Positions 26,835 to 33,696 of a DNA stretch of 33,696 bases are shown here, piece after piece; positions within the stretch are counted from its first letter, which is position 1, and every line of letters starts with the position of its first letter. A program made the position numbers and the translations under genes. The notes under the pieces were generated by a model that saw only the letters and a program-made list of their open reading frames with translations, ran no database searches and had not been told where the DNA came from. This stretch comes from Eubacteriales bacterium (GTDB lineage Bacteria; Bacillota; Clostridia; Oscillospirales; QAKW01). The DNA lies in the NCBI GenBank assembly GCA_045602565.1, contig JAZSBU010000045.1, positions 1 through 33,696 on the forward strand, read 5' to 3'.

Positions 26835-26853
26835 TATGGAAAGTATTTTTGCT

Positions 26854-29676
26854 TTACAGTATTTTCTTCAAATAAACACCGGTATAACTCTCTTTGACCG
26901 AAGAAATATATTCCGGCGTACCGGTTGCAACTACCGTACCGCCGCGATCTCCGCCCTCGGGACCAAGATCGATTATATAATCCGCTGTTTTGATCATATC
27001 TAAGTTATGCTCAATAACAACAACGGTATTCCCTGCATCCACCAATCGTTGCAGAACCGATATCAGCATTTGAACATCCGCCGTGTGGAGGCCGGTTGTG
27101 GGTTCATCCAAAATATAAATGGTTTGACCCGTGGAGCGTTTGGCAAGCTCTGTCGCCAATTTCACACGTTGCGCCTCCCCGCCCGACAAGGTGGTCGAGG
27201 GCTGGCCGATTTTGATATAAGACAAACCAACATCATACAATGTCTGCAGCTTTCTTCTGATTTTCGGATGGTTTTCAAAGAAGTGCAGCCCTTCTTCTAC
27301 CGTCATATCCAAAACATCGGAAATAGAGCGATCTTTATATTTGACTTCTAAAGTTTCCCGATTATATCTCTTTCCTTTACAAACCTCACAAGGGATATAG
27401 ACATCGGGCAGAAAGTGCATTTCGATCTTGATAATTCCATCGCCTTGGCAAGCCTCGCAACGACCGCCGCGTACATTAAACGAAAAACGACTCGGACCAT
27501 ATCCTCGCGCTTTAGCCCCATTGGTCGAAGCAAAGAGATCTCGGATATCGGTAAACAGCGACGTATAGGTCGCCGGATTGGAGCGCGGTGTTCTGCCGAT
27601 CGGAGATTGATCAATATCAATCACCTTGTCCAGATGCATCATCCCGTCGATTTTTCGAACTTTTCCGGGGAACGTTTTTGCACCGTTCAGCTCATGCGCC
27701 AACGATTTATAGATCACAGAATTTACCAGCGAGGATTTCCCCGATCCGGAAACGCCGGTAACACAAGTAAATGTTCCCAACGGAATCCGCACATCGATAT
27801 TCTTTAAGTTGTTTTCAGCCGCGCCATATATTTCAAGAAATTTTCCGTTTCCCTTACGTCTTTTTTCGGGAACCTGAATTTTCTTTTTACCGCTTAAATA
27901 TTGACCGGTGATGGAGGTTTCGCATTTCAAAAGTTCCTTCGGCGTTCCGTTGAAAATCACCTCACCGCCATGAATCCCCGCTCCGGGCCCGATATCAACG
28001 ATATGATCAGCGGCACGCATCGTATCTTCATCGTGTTCGACAACAATCAGCGTATTTCCCAGATCTCTTAATCGCTTCAGCGTCGCGATCAGTTTATCAT
28101 TATCCCTTTGATGCAGCCCAATGGAAGGCTCGTCCAAAATATAGAGAACCCCCATGAGCGAAGAACCAATCTGCGTTGCCAAGCGGATTCGTTGACTTTC
28201 CCCGCCGGACAAAGTACCCGCACTTCGGGATAACGTCAGATACTCCAAACCAACGCTGTTTAAGAACGAAAGTCGTTCAATGATCTCTTTCAAAACACGT
28301 TGAGCAATCATCATTTCCTTTTCAGAAAGATTTATTTCTTTAAAGAATTCAATCGCAGAACTCACCGAAAGATCGGTAACTTCAGCAATATTTTTTTCGC
28401 CAATCGTTACGCAAAGGATTTCCTTCTTCAAACGCTTTCCTTGGCAAGTCGAGCAGGCACAATCGCTCATAACATATTCGATCTCGCGCCGAACAAAATC
28501 GCTGTTTGTTTCTTTAAAACGCCGTTCCAGATTGGGAATAACTCCTTCGTAAGAACTATTATAAGCAACCGAACCAAACGAAGAATTGCGCTTCATATTC
28601 AGTTTTTCGCCGTTATTCCCATAAAGAATGATTTTTTGCTGTTCTTTGGTCAGTTCTCCAAACGGAGTATCTAATGAAAAATTGTATTTTTCAGCCAATG
28701 CACGAAAATACATTTTTGCAATATTATCCGTCGAAGAAAGATACCATCCGCTTGCTCGAATTGCCCCTTCATTCAATGAAAGATGCGGCTTAGGAACAAC
28801 CAAATCAGGATCAACCTTCATTAAAAATCCCAAGCCGTCGCATTCAGGGCAGGCACCAAACGGACTATTAAATGAGAACATTCTGGGCGAAAGTTCCTCC
28901 ATGGAAAAACCGTGTTCGGGACAGGTGAAATCTTGAGAAAACAAAACTTCTTCGCCGCCCTCCGGTACAATTATAACCAAACCGTGAGCTTGGTGTAATG
29001 CGGTTTCAATCGAATCTGTCAGACGTTGGCGGATACCATCTTTCATAATCAGACGGTCAACCACAAGCTCAATGGTGTGTTTATTATTTTTTTCTAATTT
29101 GATTTCCTCGGAAAGGTCATATAAATTCCCATCCACCCGAACACGAACAAAGCCACTCTTTTTCGCATCTTCCAGCAGTTTTTGATGTTCGCCTTTTCGT
29201 GCGCGAACCACCGGCGCAAGGATAGAAAGTTTGGTTCTTTCCGGATATTCACATACTGCGTCTACAATTTGATCGATGGTCTGTTGTGTAATTTCTCTGC
29301 CGCAAATCGGACAATGCGGCACCCCGATTCTCGCATAAAGCAAGCGAAGATAGTCGTAGATCTCAGTCACAGTACCAACCGTAGATCTGGGGTTTTTAGA
29401 GGTGGTCTTTTGATCAATGGAAATTGCAGGTGAAAGACCGGAGATATTATCCACATCCGGCTTATTCATCTGCCCCAAAAACATCCGCGCATACGAAGAA
29501 AGGCTTTCCACATAGCGACGACGCCCTTCGGCATAGATCGTATCAAATGCCAACGAAGTTTTTCCGGAGCCCGAAAGACCGGTGAAAACGATCAATTTAT
29601 CCCGCGGAATTTTAAGATCAATATTTTTGAGATTGTTCTCTTTAGCACCTTTAATGGTGATAAATTCTTTAGTCAT
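26854..29676 (-). CDS. uvrA: Excinuclease ABC subunit A
   Basis: Two ABC ATPase modules ([21 protein letters not shown]; [16 protein letters not shown]) and zinc modules. Start placed at the ATG at 29676 ([19 protein letters not shown]), overlapping uvrB by 8 nt. Confidence 0.95.
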   Translation of the reverse strand: MTKEFITIKGAKENNLKNIDLKIPRDKLIVFTGLSGSGKTSLAFDTIYAEGRRRYVESLSSYARMFLGQMNKPDVDNISGLSPAISIDQKTTSKNPRSTVGTVTEIYDYLRLLYARIGVPHCPICGREITQQTIDQIVDAVCEYPERTKLSILAPVVRARKGEHQKLLEDAKKSGFVRVRVDGNLYDLSEEIKLEKNNKHTIELVVDRLIMKDGIRQRLTDSIETALHQAHGLVIIVPEGGEEVLFSQDFTCPEHGFSMEELSPRMFSFNSPFGACPECDGLGFLMKVDPDLVVPKPHLSLNEGAIRASGWYLSSTDNIAKMYFRALAEKYNFSLDTPFGELTKEQQKIILYGNNGEKLNMKRNSSFGSVAYNSSYEGVIPNLERRFKETNSDFVRREIEYVMSDCACSTCQGKRLKKEILCVTIGEKNIAEVTDLSVSSAIEFFKEINLSEKEMMIAQRVLKEIIERLSFLNSVGLEYLTLSRSAGTLSGGESQRIRLATQIGSSLMGVLYILDEPSIGLHQRDNDKLIATLKRLRDLGNTLIVVEHDEDTMRAADHIVDIGPGAGIHGGEVIFNGTPKELLKCETSITGQYLSGKKKIQVPEKRRKGNGKFLEIYGAAENNLKNIDVRIPLGTFTCVTGVSGSGKSSLVNSVIYKSLAHELNGAKTFPGKVRKIDGMMHLDKVIDIDQSPIGRTPRSNPATYTSLFTDIRDLFASTNGAKARGYGPSRFSFNVRGGRCEACQGDGIIKIEMHFLPDVYIPCEVCKGKRYNRETLEVKYKDRSISDVLDMTVEEGLHFFENHPKIRRKLQTLYDVGLSYIKIGQPSTTLSGGEAQRVKLATELAKRSTGQTIYILDEPTTGLHTADVQMLISVLQRLVDAGNTVVVIEHNLDMIKTADYIIDLGPEGGDRGGTVVATGTPEYISSVKESYTGVYLKKIL

Positions 29677-31636
29677 CCTTTTCTCCTTTGAGTGTTGCGA
29701 TTTTATCGCGCAGCATCGCCGCATATTCGAATTCCAATAGCCGCGCCGCTTCCTTCATTTGCTTTTCCAAATCTTGGATCATCGCTTGTTTTTCGTTTTG
29801 AGAAAGGCGAAGTTTTCTGCGTTCCGGCGTAGTAGGAACCGCCCCAATATCCAATACTTCCCGTACATCTTTTTGTATCGTTTTGGGGATTATTCCGTGT
29901 TCTTCATTGTATTGACATTGAATTTCTCTGCGACGATTGGTTTCGATGATTGCTCGTTCCATCGAAGGTGTCACCTGATCGGCATATAAAATCACGCGCC
30001 CTTCCGCATTACGCGCGGCACGCCCGATGGTCTGGATCAATGCCGATTCACTGCGGAGAAAGCCCTCTTTATCCGCATCAAGGATGGCAACCAAGGATAC
30101 TTCCGGAATATCTAAACCTTCGCGCAGCAAATTGATGCCGACCAAAACATCAAAAACGCCCAAACGCAGTTCGCGAACGATCTCCATTCGTTCGACAGTC
30201 TTAACATCGTGGTGCAAGTATTTAACCTTTACACCCTCGCCCTCTAAATATTCGGTCAAATCCTCCGCCATACGCTTAGTCAGCGTTGTAATGAGGGTTC
30301 TGAAGCCGTTTTTGACTCCCTCGCGAATCTCGATAAGCAAATCATCCAGCTGCCCTTCGGTAGGACGCACCGATATTTCAGGATCCAACAGTCCGGTCGG
30401 GCGAATAATTTGTTCTGCCACCTGCTCGGCACGCTCCAATTCATATGCCGCAGGTGTTGCGCTAACATAAATAATTTTATCCAAACGCTCGGTAAACTCA
30501 TTAAAATTCAACGGTCGATTATCAAATGCCGAGGGGAGTCGGAAGCCATATTCGACCAGCATTTCTTTTCTTGAGCGATCTCCCCCATACATTCCGCGCA
30601 CCTGCGGCAATGTGACGTGAGATTCATCGATAATCAGAAGAAAATCATCGCCAAAGAAATCCAGCAATGTTGCAGGCGGGCTGCCGGGGCGACGTCCGCT
30701 TAAAATTCTGGAATAGTTTTCAATCCCGTTGCAAAAGCCGATCTCCCGCAACATTTCAAGATCATAGCGGGTCCTTTGCTCAATTCGTTGCGCTTCGATG
30801 AACTTTCCCTCGTCGTTGAAATATTTGATCCGTTCTTCCAGCTCGCGTTCAATCTCATTAAGAGCCTTTTCTCGTTTCTCTTCGCCGATAACATAATGCG
30901 ATGCGGGATAGATTGCGACATGGGTCAAAACCTTCTTCAATTCACCGGTTAGGTGGTCGATTTCGGAAATTCGTTCGATCTCATCCCCAAAGAAATCTAA
31001 TCGAATGACAGTATCGGTATATGCCGGCGGAAAAATCTCCAAAACATCCCCGCGCACGCGAAACTTATTTCTTGAAAAATCAAAATCATTCCGCTCATAT
31101 TGCACCTTTACCAGATGCTCAATCACCTCGTCGCGATCTTTGATCATTCCGGGGCGCAACGATAAAACCAAATTTTGATATTCTTCCGGATCGCCCAACC
31201 CGTAAATACACGACACCGACGAAACAACAATCGTATCTTTCCGTTCCAAGAGCGAAAAAGTAGCGCTATGGCGCAGTTTATCGATTTCATCATTGATCGA
31301 GCTATCTTTTTCAATATAAGTGTCCGACGATGGAATGTATGCTTCCGGCTGGAAATAATCATAGTAGGACACAAAATACTCCACCGCATTGTTGGGAAAA
31401 AATTCTTTCAGTTCTGAGCAGAGCTGTGCAGCCAAAGTTTTGTTATGAGCAAGCACCAACGTCGGCTTGTTCACATTGGCGATCACATTCGCCATAGTAA
31501 AGGTTTTTCCGGAACCGGTAACGCCCAACAAAACTTGCTCTTTCTTCCCCTCCAAAATCCCCTTACTCAAAAGGTCGATTGCTTGAGGCTGATCTCCGGT
31601 GGGTTTAAATTTAGAAACTAATTCAAAATGCGCCAT
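29669..31636 (-). CDS. uvrB: Excinuclease ABC subunit B
   Basis: 655 aa with [12 protein letters not shown] box (IIDESHVT) and a C-terminal UVR domain ([11 protein letters not shown]). Confidence 0.95.
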   Translation of the reverse strand: MAHFELVSKFKPTGDQPQAIDLLSKGILEGKKEQVLLGVTGSGKTFTMANVIANVNKPTLVLAHNKTLAAQLCSELKEFFPNNAVEYFVSYYDYFQPEAYIPSSDTYIEKDSSINDEIDKLRHSATFSLLERKDTIVVSSVSCIYGLGDPEEYQNLVLSLRPGMIKDRDEVIEHLVKVQYERNDFDFSRNKFRVRGDVLEIFPPAYTDTVIRLDFFGDEIERISEIDHLTGELKKVLTHVAIYPASHYVIGEEKREKALNEIERELEERIKYFNDEGKFIEAQRIEQRTRYDLEMLREIGFCNGIENYSRILSGRRPGSPPATLLDFFGDDFLLIIDESHVTLPQVRGMYGGDRSRKEMLVEYGFRLPSAFDNRPLNFNEFTERLDKIIYVSATPAAYELERAEQVAEQIIRPTGLLDPEISVRPTEGQLDDLLIEIREGVKNGFRTLITTLTKRMAEDLTEYLEGEGVKVKYLHHDVKTVERMEIVRELRLGVFDVLVGINLLREGLDIPEVSLVAILDADKEGFLRSESALIQTIGRAARNAEGRVILYADQVTPSMERAIIETNRRREIQCQYNEEHGIIPKTIQKDVREVLDIGAVPTTPERRKLRLSQNEKQAMIQDLEKQMKEAARLLEFEYAAMLRDKIATLKGEKDD

Positions 31637-31666
31637 CAGAGATCACGCCCCTTTCTTTAATATCAA

Positions 31667-31680
31667 GGATATTATATCAT
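31667..31680 (-). promoter_or_regulatory. Proximal uvrB promoter candidate (extended -10)
   Basis: The minus strand reads ATGATATAATATCC (TGATATAAT at 31679-31671), about 35 nt upstream of the uvrB ATG. The -35 is weak. Confidence 0.45.
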
Positions 31681-31704
31681 AAATGCAACGCATTTTGATA
31701 TAAT

Positions 31705-31751
31705 TGTCCATCATTTTCGGTTGCCTGCCACGCAGGCGAGAAAATTGGACA
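31705..31751. other. 47-nt three-helix imperfect hairpin in the uvrB upstream region
   Basis: tgtcca/tggaca (31705-10 / 31746-51), attttc/gaaaat (31713-18 / 31740-45) and gcctgc/gcaggc (31723-28 / 31732-37), with loop cac. Confidence 0.6.
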
Positions 31752-31776
31752 TCGTATAATATTCACAATGTCAACA

Positions 31777-31790
31777 AGAACCGATGTTCG
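31777..31790 (-). promoter_or_regulatory. LexA operator (Cheo/SOS box)
   Basis: The minus strand reads CGAACATCGGTTCT, matching the Gram-positive core CGAAC-N4-GTTC. It lies upstream of the SOS genes uvrBA, 12-25 nt downstream of the distal -10. Confidence 0.65.
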
Positions 31791-31804
31791 CAGATACTTT
31801 ATGT

Positions 31805-31818
31805 GGATATTATACCAT
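31805..31818 (-). promoter_or_regulatory. Distal uvrB promoter candidate (extended -10)
   Basis: The minus strand reads ATGGTATAATATCC (TGGTATAAT at 31817-31809), 13/14 identical to the proximal element. Confidence 0.45.
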
Positions 31819-31854
31819 AATTTTGCAAAAAAGATAGATTGATTTAAAAAATAC

Positions 31855-31882
31855 TTGACAATATTTTAATTTATAGTATAAT
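31855..31882 (+). promoter_or_regulatory. SigA promoter of rpsF-ssb-rpsR
   Basis: TTGACA (31855-60), a 16-nt spacer, then TATAAT (31877-82), preceded by an A-rich tract (31826-31852). Confidence 0.75.
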
Positions 31883-31892
31883 TATTAGGTCC

Positions 31893-31915
31893 TTGCTCAT
31901 CATTGAATGAGCCAA
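31893..31915 (+). promoter_or_regulatory. rpsF 5' UTR hairpin, possible S6:S18 autoregulatory leader
   Basis: gctcat (31895-900) / atgagc (31907-12) extended by ttg/caa with one bulge, sitting between the TSS region and SD AAGGAGG (31924-30). Assignment to the known rpsF leader is an inference only. Confidence 0.3.
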
Positions 31916-31938
31916 AAGTCCATAAGGAGGTGTTAATC

Positions 31939-32238
31939 ATGGCTGAAGGAAATCGCAAGTATGAAACTATTTTCATCACCCGGCCGAATTTAACAGAGGA
32001 GGATTTTACCGCTCTCGTAGAGAAGTTTAAAGGCTTGATCGAGAAGAACGGTACTGTCGAATCTGTCGAAGACTGGGGCGTCAAAAAGCTTGCCTACCCG
32101 ATCGATTTCGTCAACGAAGGTCATTATGTGCTGATCAACTTTACCGCACCTGTTGCCTTCCCCGCCGAGCTCGAAAGAATTTACGGCATCACTGACGGCA
32201 TTCTTCGTTCCATCGTTGTGAACAAAGAAGAAAAGTAA
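31939..32238 (+). CDS. rpsF: 30S ribosomal protein S6
   Basis: MAEGNRKYETIFITRP..GTVESVEDWGVKKLAYPI. The ATG at 31939 is 8 nt after AAGGAGG. The ORF-track start at 31903 is rejected. Confidence 0.94.
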   Translation: MAEGNRKYETIFITRPNLTEEDFTALVEKFKGLIEKNGTVESVEDWGVKKLAYPIDFVNEGHYVLINFTAPVAFPAELERIYGITDGILRSIVVNKEEK

Positions 32239-32252
32239 GGAAGGATTCTGTT

Positions 32253-32675
32253 ATGTTAAACAAAGTTATTTTAACCGGTCGCCTGACCGCTACCCCTGAA
32301 TTGAGAAAAACTGCTTCTGATGTATCTGTTGTGTCTTTTTCTGTCGCCGTTCAGCGTCAGTATAAAGGGCCCGACGGAAATTATCCCACAGATTTTATCA
32401 ACTGCGTGGCGTGGAGAAATACTGCCGATTTCATCTGCAGATATTTTGAAAAAGGCAATTTGATCGCATTGGTCGGTTCTTTACAGTCCAGAACCTATGA
32501 AGATAAGACCGGAGCAAAAAGAACTGCTTTTGAAGTAATTGCTGATGAAGCACACTTTGTAGAATCCAAAAAGGACTCTTCGCGTCCTGTCGCCCCCGAG
32601 TTCAAAGCTCCCCCGGTCACCGGCGGGAACACTGTTGAATTCGAAGAGGTTCAAGATGACGAACTGCCCTTCTAA
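32253..32675 (+). CDS. ssb: Single-stranded DNA-binding protein
   Basis: 140 aa. OB fold (MLNKVILTGRLTATPELR), a disordered tail and the acidic tip DDELPF. Confidence 0.95.
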   Translation: MLNKVILTGRLTATPELRKTASDVSVVSFSVAVQRQYKGPDGNYPTDFINCVAWRNTADFICRYFEKGNLIALVGSLQSRTYEDKTGAKRTAFEVIADEAHFVESKKDSSRPVAPEFKAPPVTGGNTVEFEEVQDDELPF

Positions 32676-32696
32676 TCTGAAAAGGAGGATTTAGCT

Positions 32697-32939
32697 GTGG
32701 AAAGAGAAAAGAATTTCAGACCCAACAGAAAGCCCAGACGTAAAGTTTGCACTTTCTGCGTGGATAAAGTTACCGAAATCGATTACAAGGATGTTGCCAA
32801 ACTCAGAAAGTATATCTCTGAGCGTGCAAAGATTCTTCCCCGCCGCGTAACCGGCACCTGCGCGAAGCATCAGCGTCAATTGACCGGCGCCATTAAGCGT
32901 GCTCGCGTTATCGCTCTTCTTCCCTATGTGAGCGACTGA
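32697..32939 (+). CDS. rpsR: 30S ribosomal protein S18
   Basis: 80 aa. GTG start 8 nt after AAGGAGG. Contains [41 protein letters not shown]. Confidence 0.94.
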   Translation: MEREKNFRPNRKPRRKVCTFCVDKVTEIDYKDVAKLRKYISERAKILPRRVTGTCAKHQRQLTGAIKRARVIALLPYVSD

Positions 32940-32949
32940 TTTAAAAAGT

Positions 32950-32980
32950 AAAACGGCTGCCTTTAGGCAGCCGTTTTTAT
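32950..32980. terminator. Bidirectional terminator shared by rpsR and the convergent Toprim gene
   Basis: aaaacggctgcc-ttta-ggcagccgtttt followed by t-rich sequence, with an A-run on the other side. The stop codon of the minus-strand gene (32977-79) lies in the T-tract. Confidence 0.85.
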
Positions 32981-33549
32981 ATTTCTTGAGTTAATGAATA
33001 AAACTCTTCTTTGGTATATCTTCGATTTAATTCCTTTAAAAGCGCATTATTTGAGAGATGACGTGGTAATTTCAAATAATCGAGCAACTTCACCTTTTTG
33101 TTTTTTGAGCCTGTATGCCCCGAAAAACCGCACTCATAAAGATCAACCGACTTTATTATATTGGGAATCGGTTTTGCTTCAAAGTCTCGGAAAAGTTTGG
33201 TTAAAACCTCTGCATTCATCCCTTCGACGCCCAAAAGCCCTTCTTTTCCGGGGGCTTTTTTTCTTTTTTCTTTTCCCTCGATCGAAGGAACATATAAGCA
33301 GTATACCTCCGCATTTTGCAAGATCTGCCGAAGATGAGATCGAATGACAGCGCCGGCGCGATCGGAATCGGTCAATATGATTGCACCACGTTCTTTCGCC
33401 AGTTCTTTCAAGGAAGATTTTAATGAATCATTTTTAAACAATTCAAATCCATCGCACGAAATAATTGTGGCATCGATAACATTTTCCAAGGTGATCTTAT
33501 CATATTTTCCTTCAACTATGACAATTTGATCAATCGGTATTTTCTTCAT
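32977..33549 (-). CDS. Toprim-domain protein, RNase M5-like (DUF4093-type)
   Basis: 190 aa. IVIVEGKYDK and AIILTDSDRAGAVIR match the Toprim E...DxD plan of RNase M5, and the size is similar. Confidence 0.6.
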   Translation of the reverse strand: MKKIPIDQIVIVEGKYDKITLENVIDATIISCDGFELFKNDSLKSSLKELAKERGAIILTDSDRAGAVIRSHLRQILQNAEVYCLYVPSIEGKEKRKKAPGKEGLLGVEGMNAEVLTKLFRDFEAKPIPNIIKSVDLYECGFSGHTGSKNKKVKLLDYLKLPRHLSNNALLKELNRRYTKEEFYSLTQEI

Positions 33550-33696
33550 GCTCTTTCATTTGAAAAGCTAAAAGGCTTGCAGCAAATGAATAAATTAAAT
33601 CCTTTTTATTCAAGCCGGACGATTTGATCTTATGATCCAACTCGCTGCATCGTCTTAAACCATCAATCGCTTCTCCTTCTTTTAATTTGGTCGCAG
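33530..33696 (-). CDS. 3' end of an unidentified CDS (partial, continues beyond the window)
   Basis: Open frame reading ...ATKLKEGEAIDGLRRCSELDHKIKSSGLNKKDLIYSFAASLLAFQMKEHEENTD-stop (TGA at 33532-33530), overlapping the next start by 20 nt. No family recognised. Confidence 0.4.
   Translation of the reverse strand, partial: ATKLKEGEAIDGLRRCSELDHKIKSSGLNKKDLIYSFAASLLAFQMKEHEENTD

Noticed and set aside
31802-31810. DnaA-box-like TGTGGATAT in a divergent intergenic region, raising the idea of a replication origin
   Set aside because: It is a single 8/9 box that coincides with the -10 element. There is no cluster of boxes, no AT-rich unwinding repeats and no dnaA/dnaN nearby, and genes to the right return to the minus strand after rpsR.
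1-33696. Search for mobile elements, prophage, defence islands, toxin-antitoxin pairs or a novel multi-gene protein system
   Set aside because: There are no integrase, transposase or recombinase genes and no terminal inverted or direct repeats flanking a block. I noticed no compositional break by eye. Every sizeable ORF is assignable to a conserved housekeeping or sporulation family.

Overview
This is an ordinary, densely packed core-chromosome segment of a low-GC Gram-positive, endospore-forming (Clostridia-like) bacterium. I accept 37 complete CDS, 1 partial CDS at the right edge and 3 tRNA genes. All accepted CDS fall in well-known families.

Layout, right to left on the minus strand:
- uvrB-uvrA, ending at a hairpin
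- cwlJ-gerQ, a spore germination pair, ending at a terminator
- a 21-kb, 23-gene gap-free array: yicC-remA-gmk-rpoZ-priA-def-fmt-Zn peptidase-rsmB-rlmN-stp-prkC-rsgA-thiN-nusB-xseA-xseB-ispA-dxs-tlyA-nadK-argR-recN
- a consensus promoter, then rplU-prp-rpmA and a terminator
- obg-methyltransferase-hslO
- a tRNA operon (Asp-Phe-Cys) and a terminator

On the plus strand there is only rpsF-ssb-rpsR, which converges on a Toprim/RNase M5-like gene.

I see no transposase, integrase, CRISPR array, toxin-antitoxin pair, defence genes or unassigned multi-gene protein system.

The one structure I cannot explain is non-coding. At 8-167, cut by the left window edge, there is an array of seven TT-stem-loop-AA hairpins. 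They are separated by conserved 6-nt linkers whose orientation flips mid-array, and the array runs into a strong bidirectional terminator.

Secondary oddities:
- a 17-bp perfect hairpin between two tRNA genes
- a tRNA-Phe with mismatches at normally paired positions
- a structured uvrB/rpsF divergent control region with a LexA (Cheo) box and a duplicated 14-mer
- unusually tight translational coupling across the 23-gene array

Start codons were chosen by eye from Shine-Dalgarno spacing and family N-termini and may be off. No searches were run.
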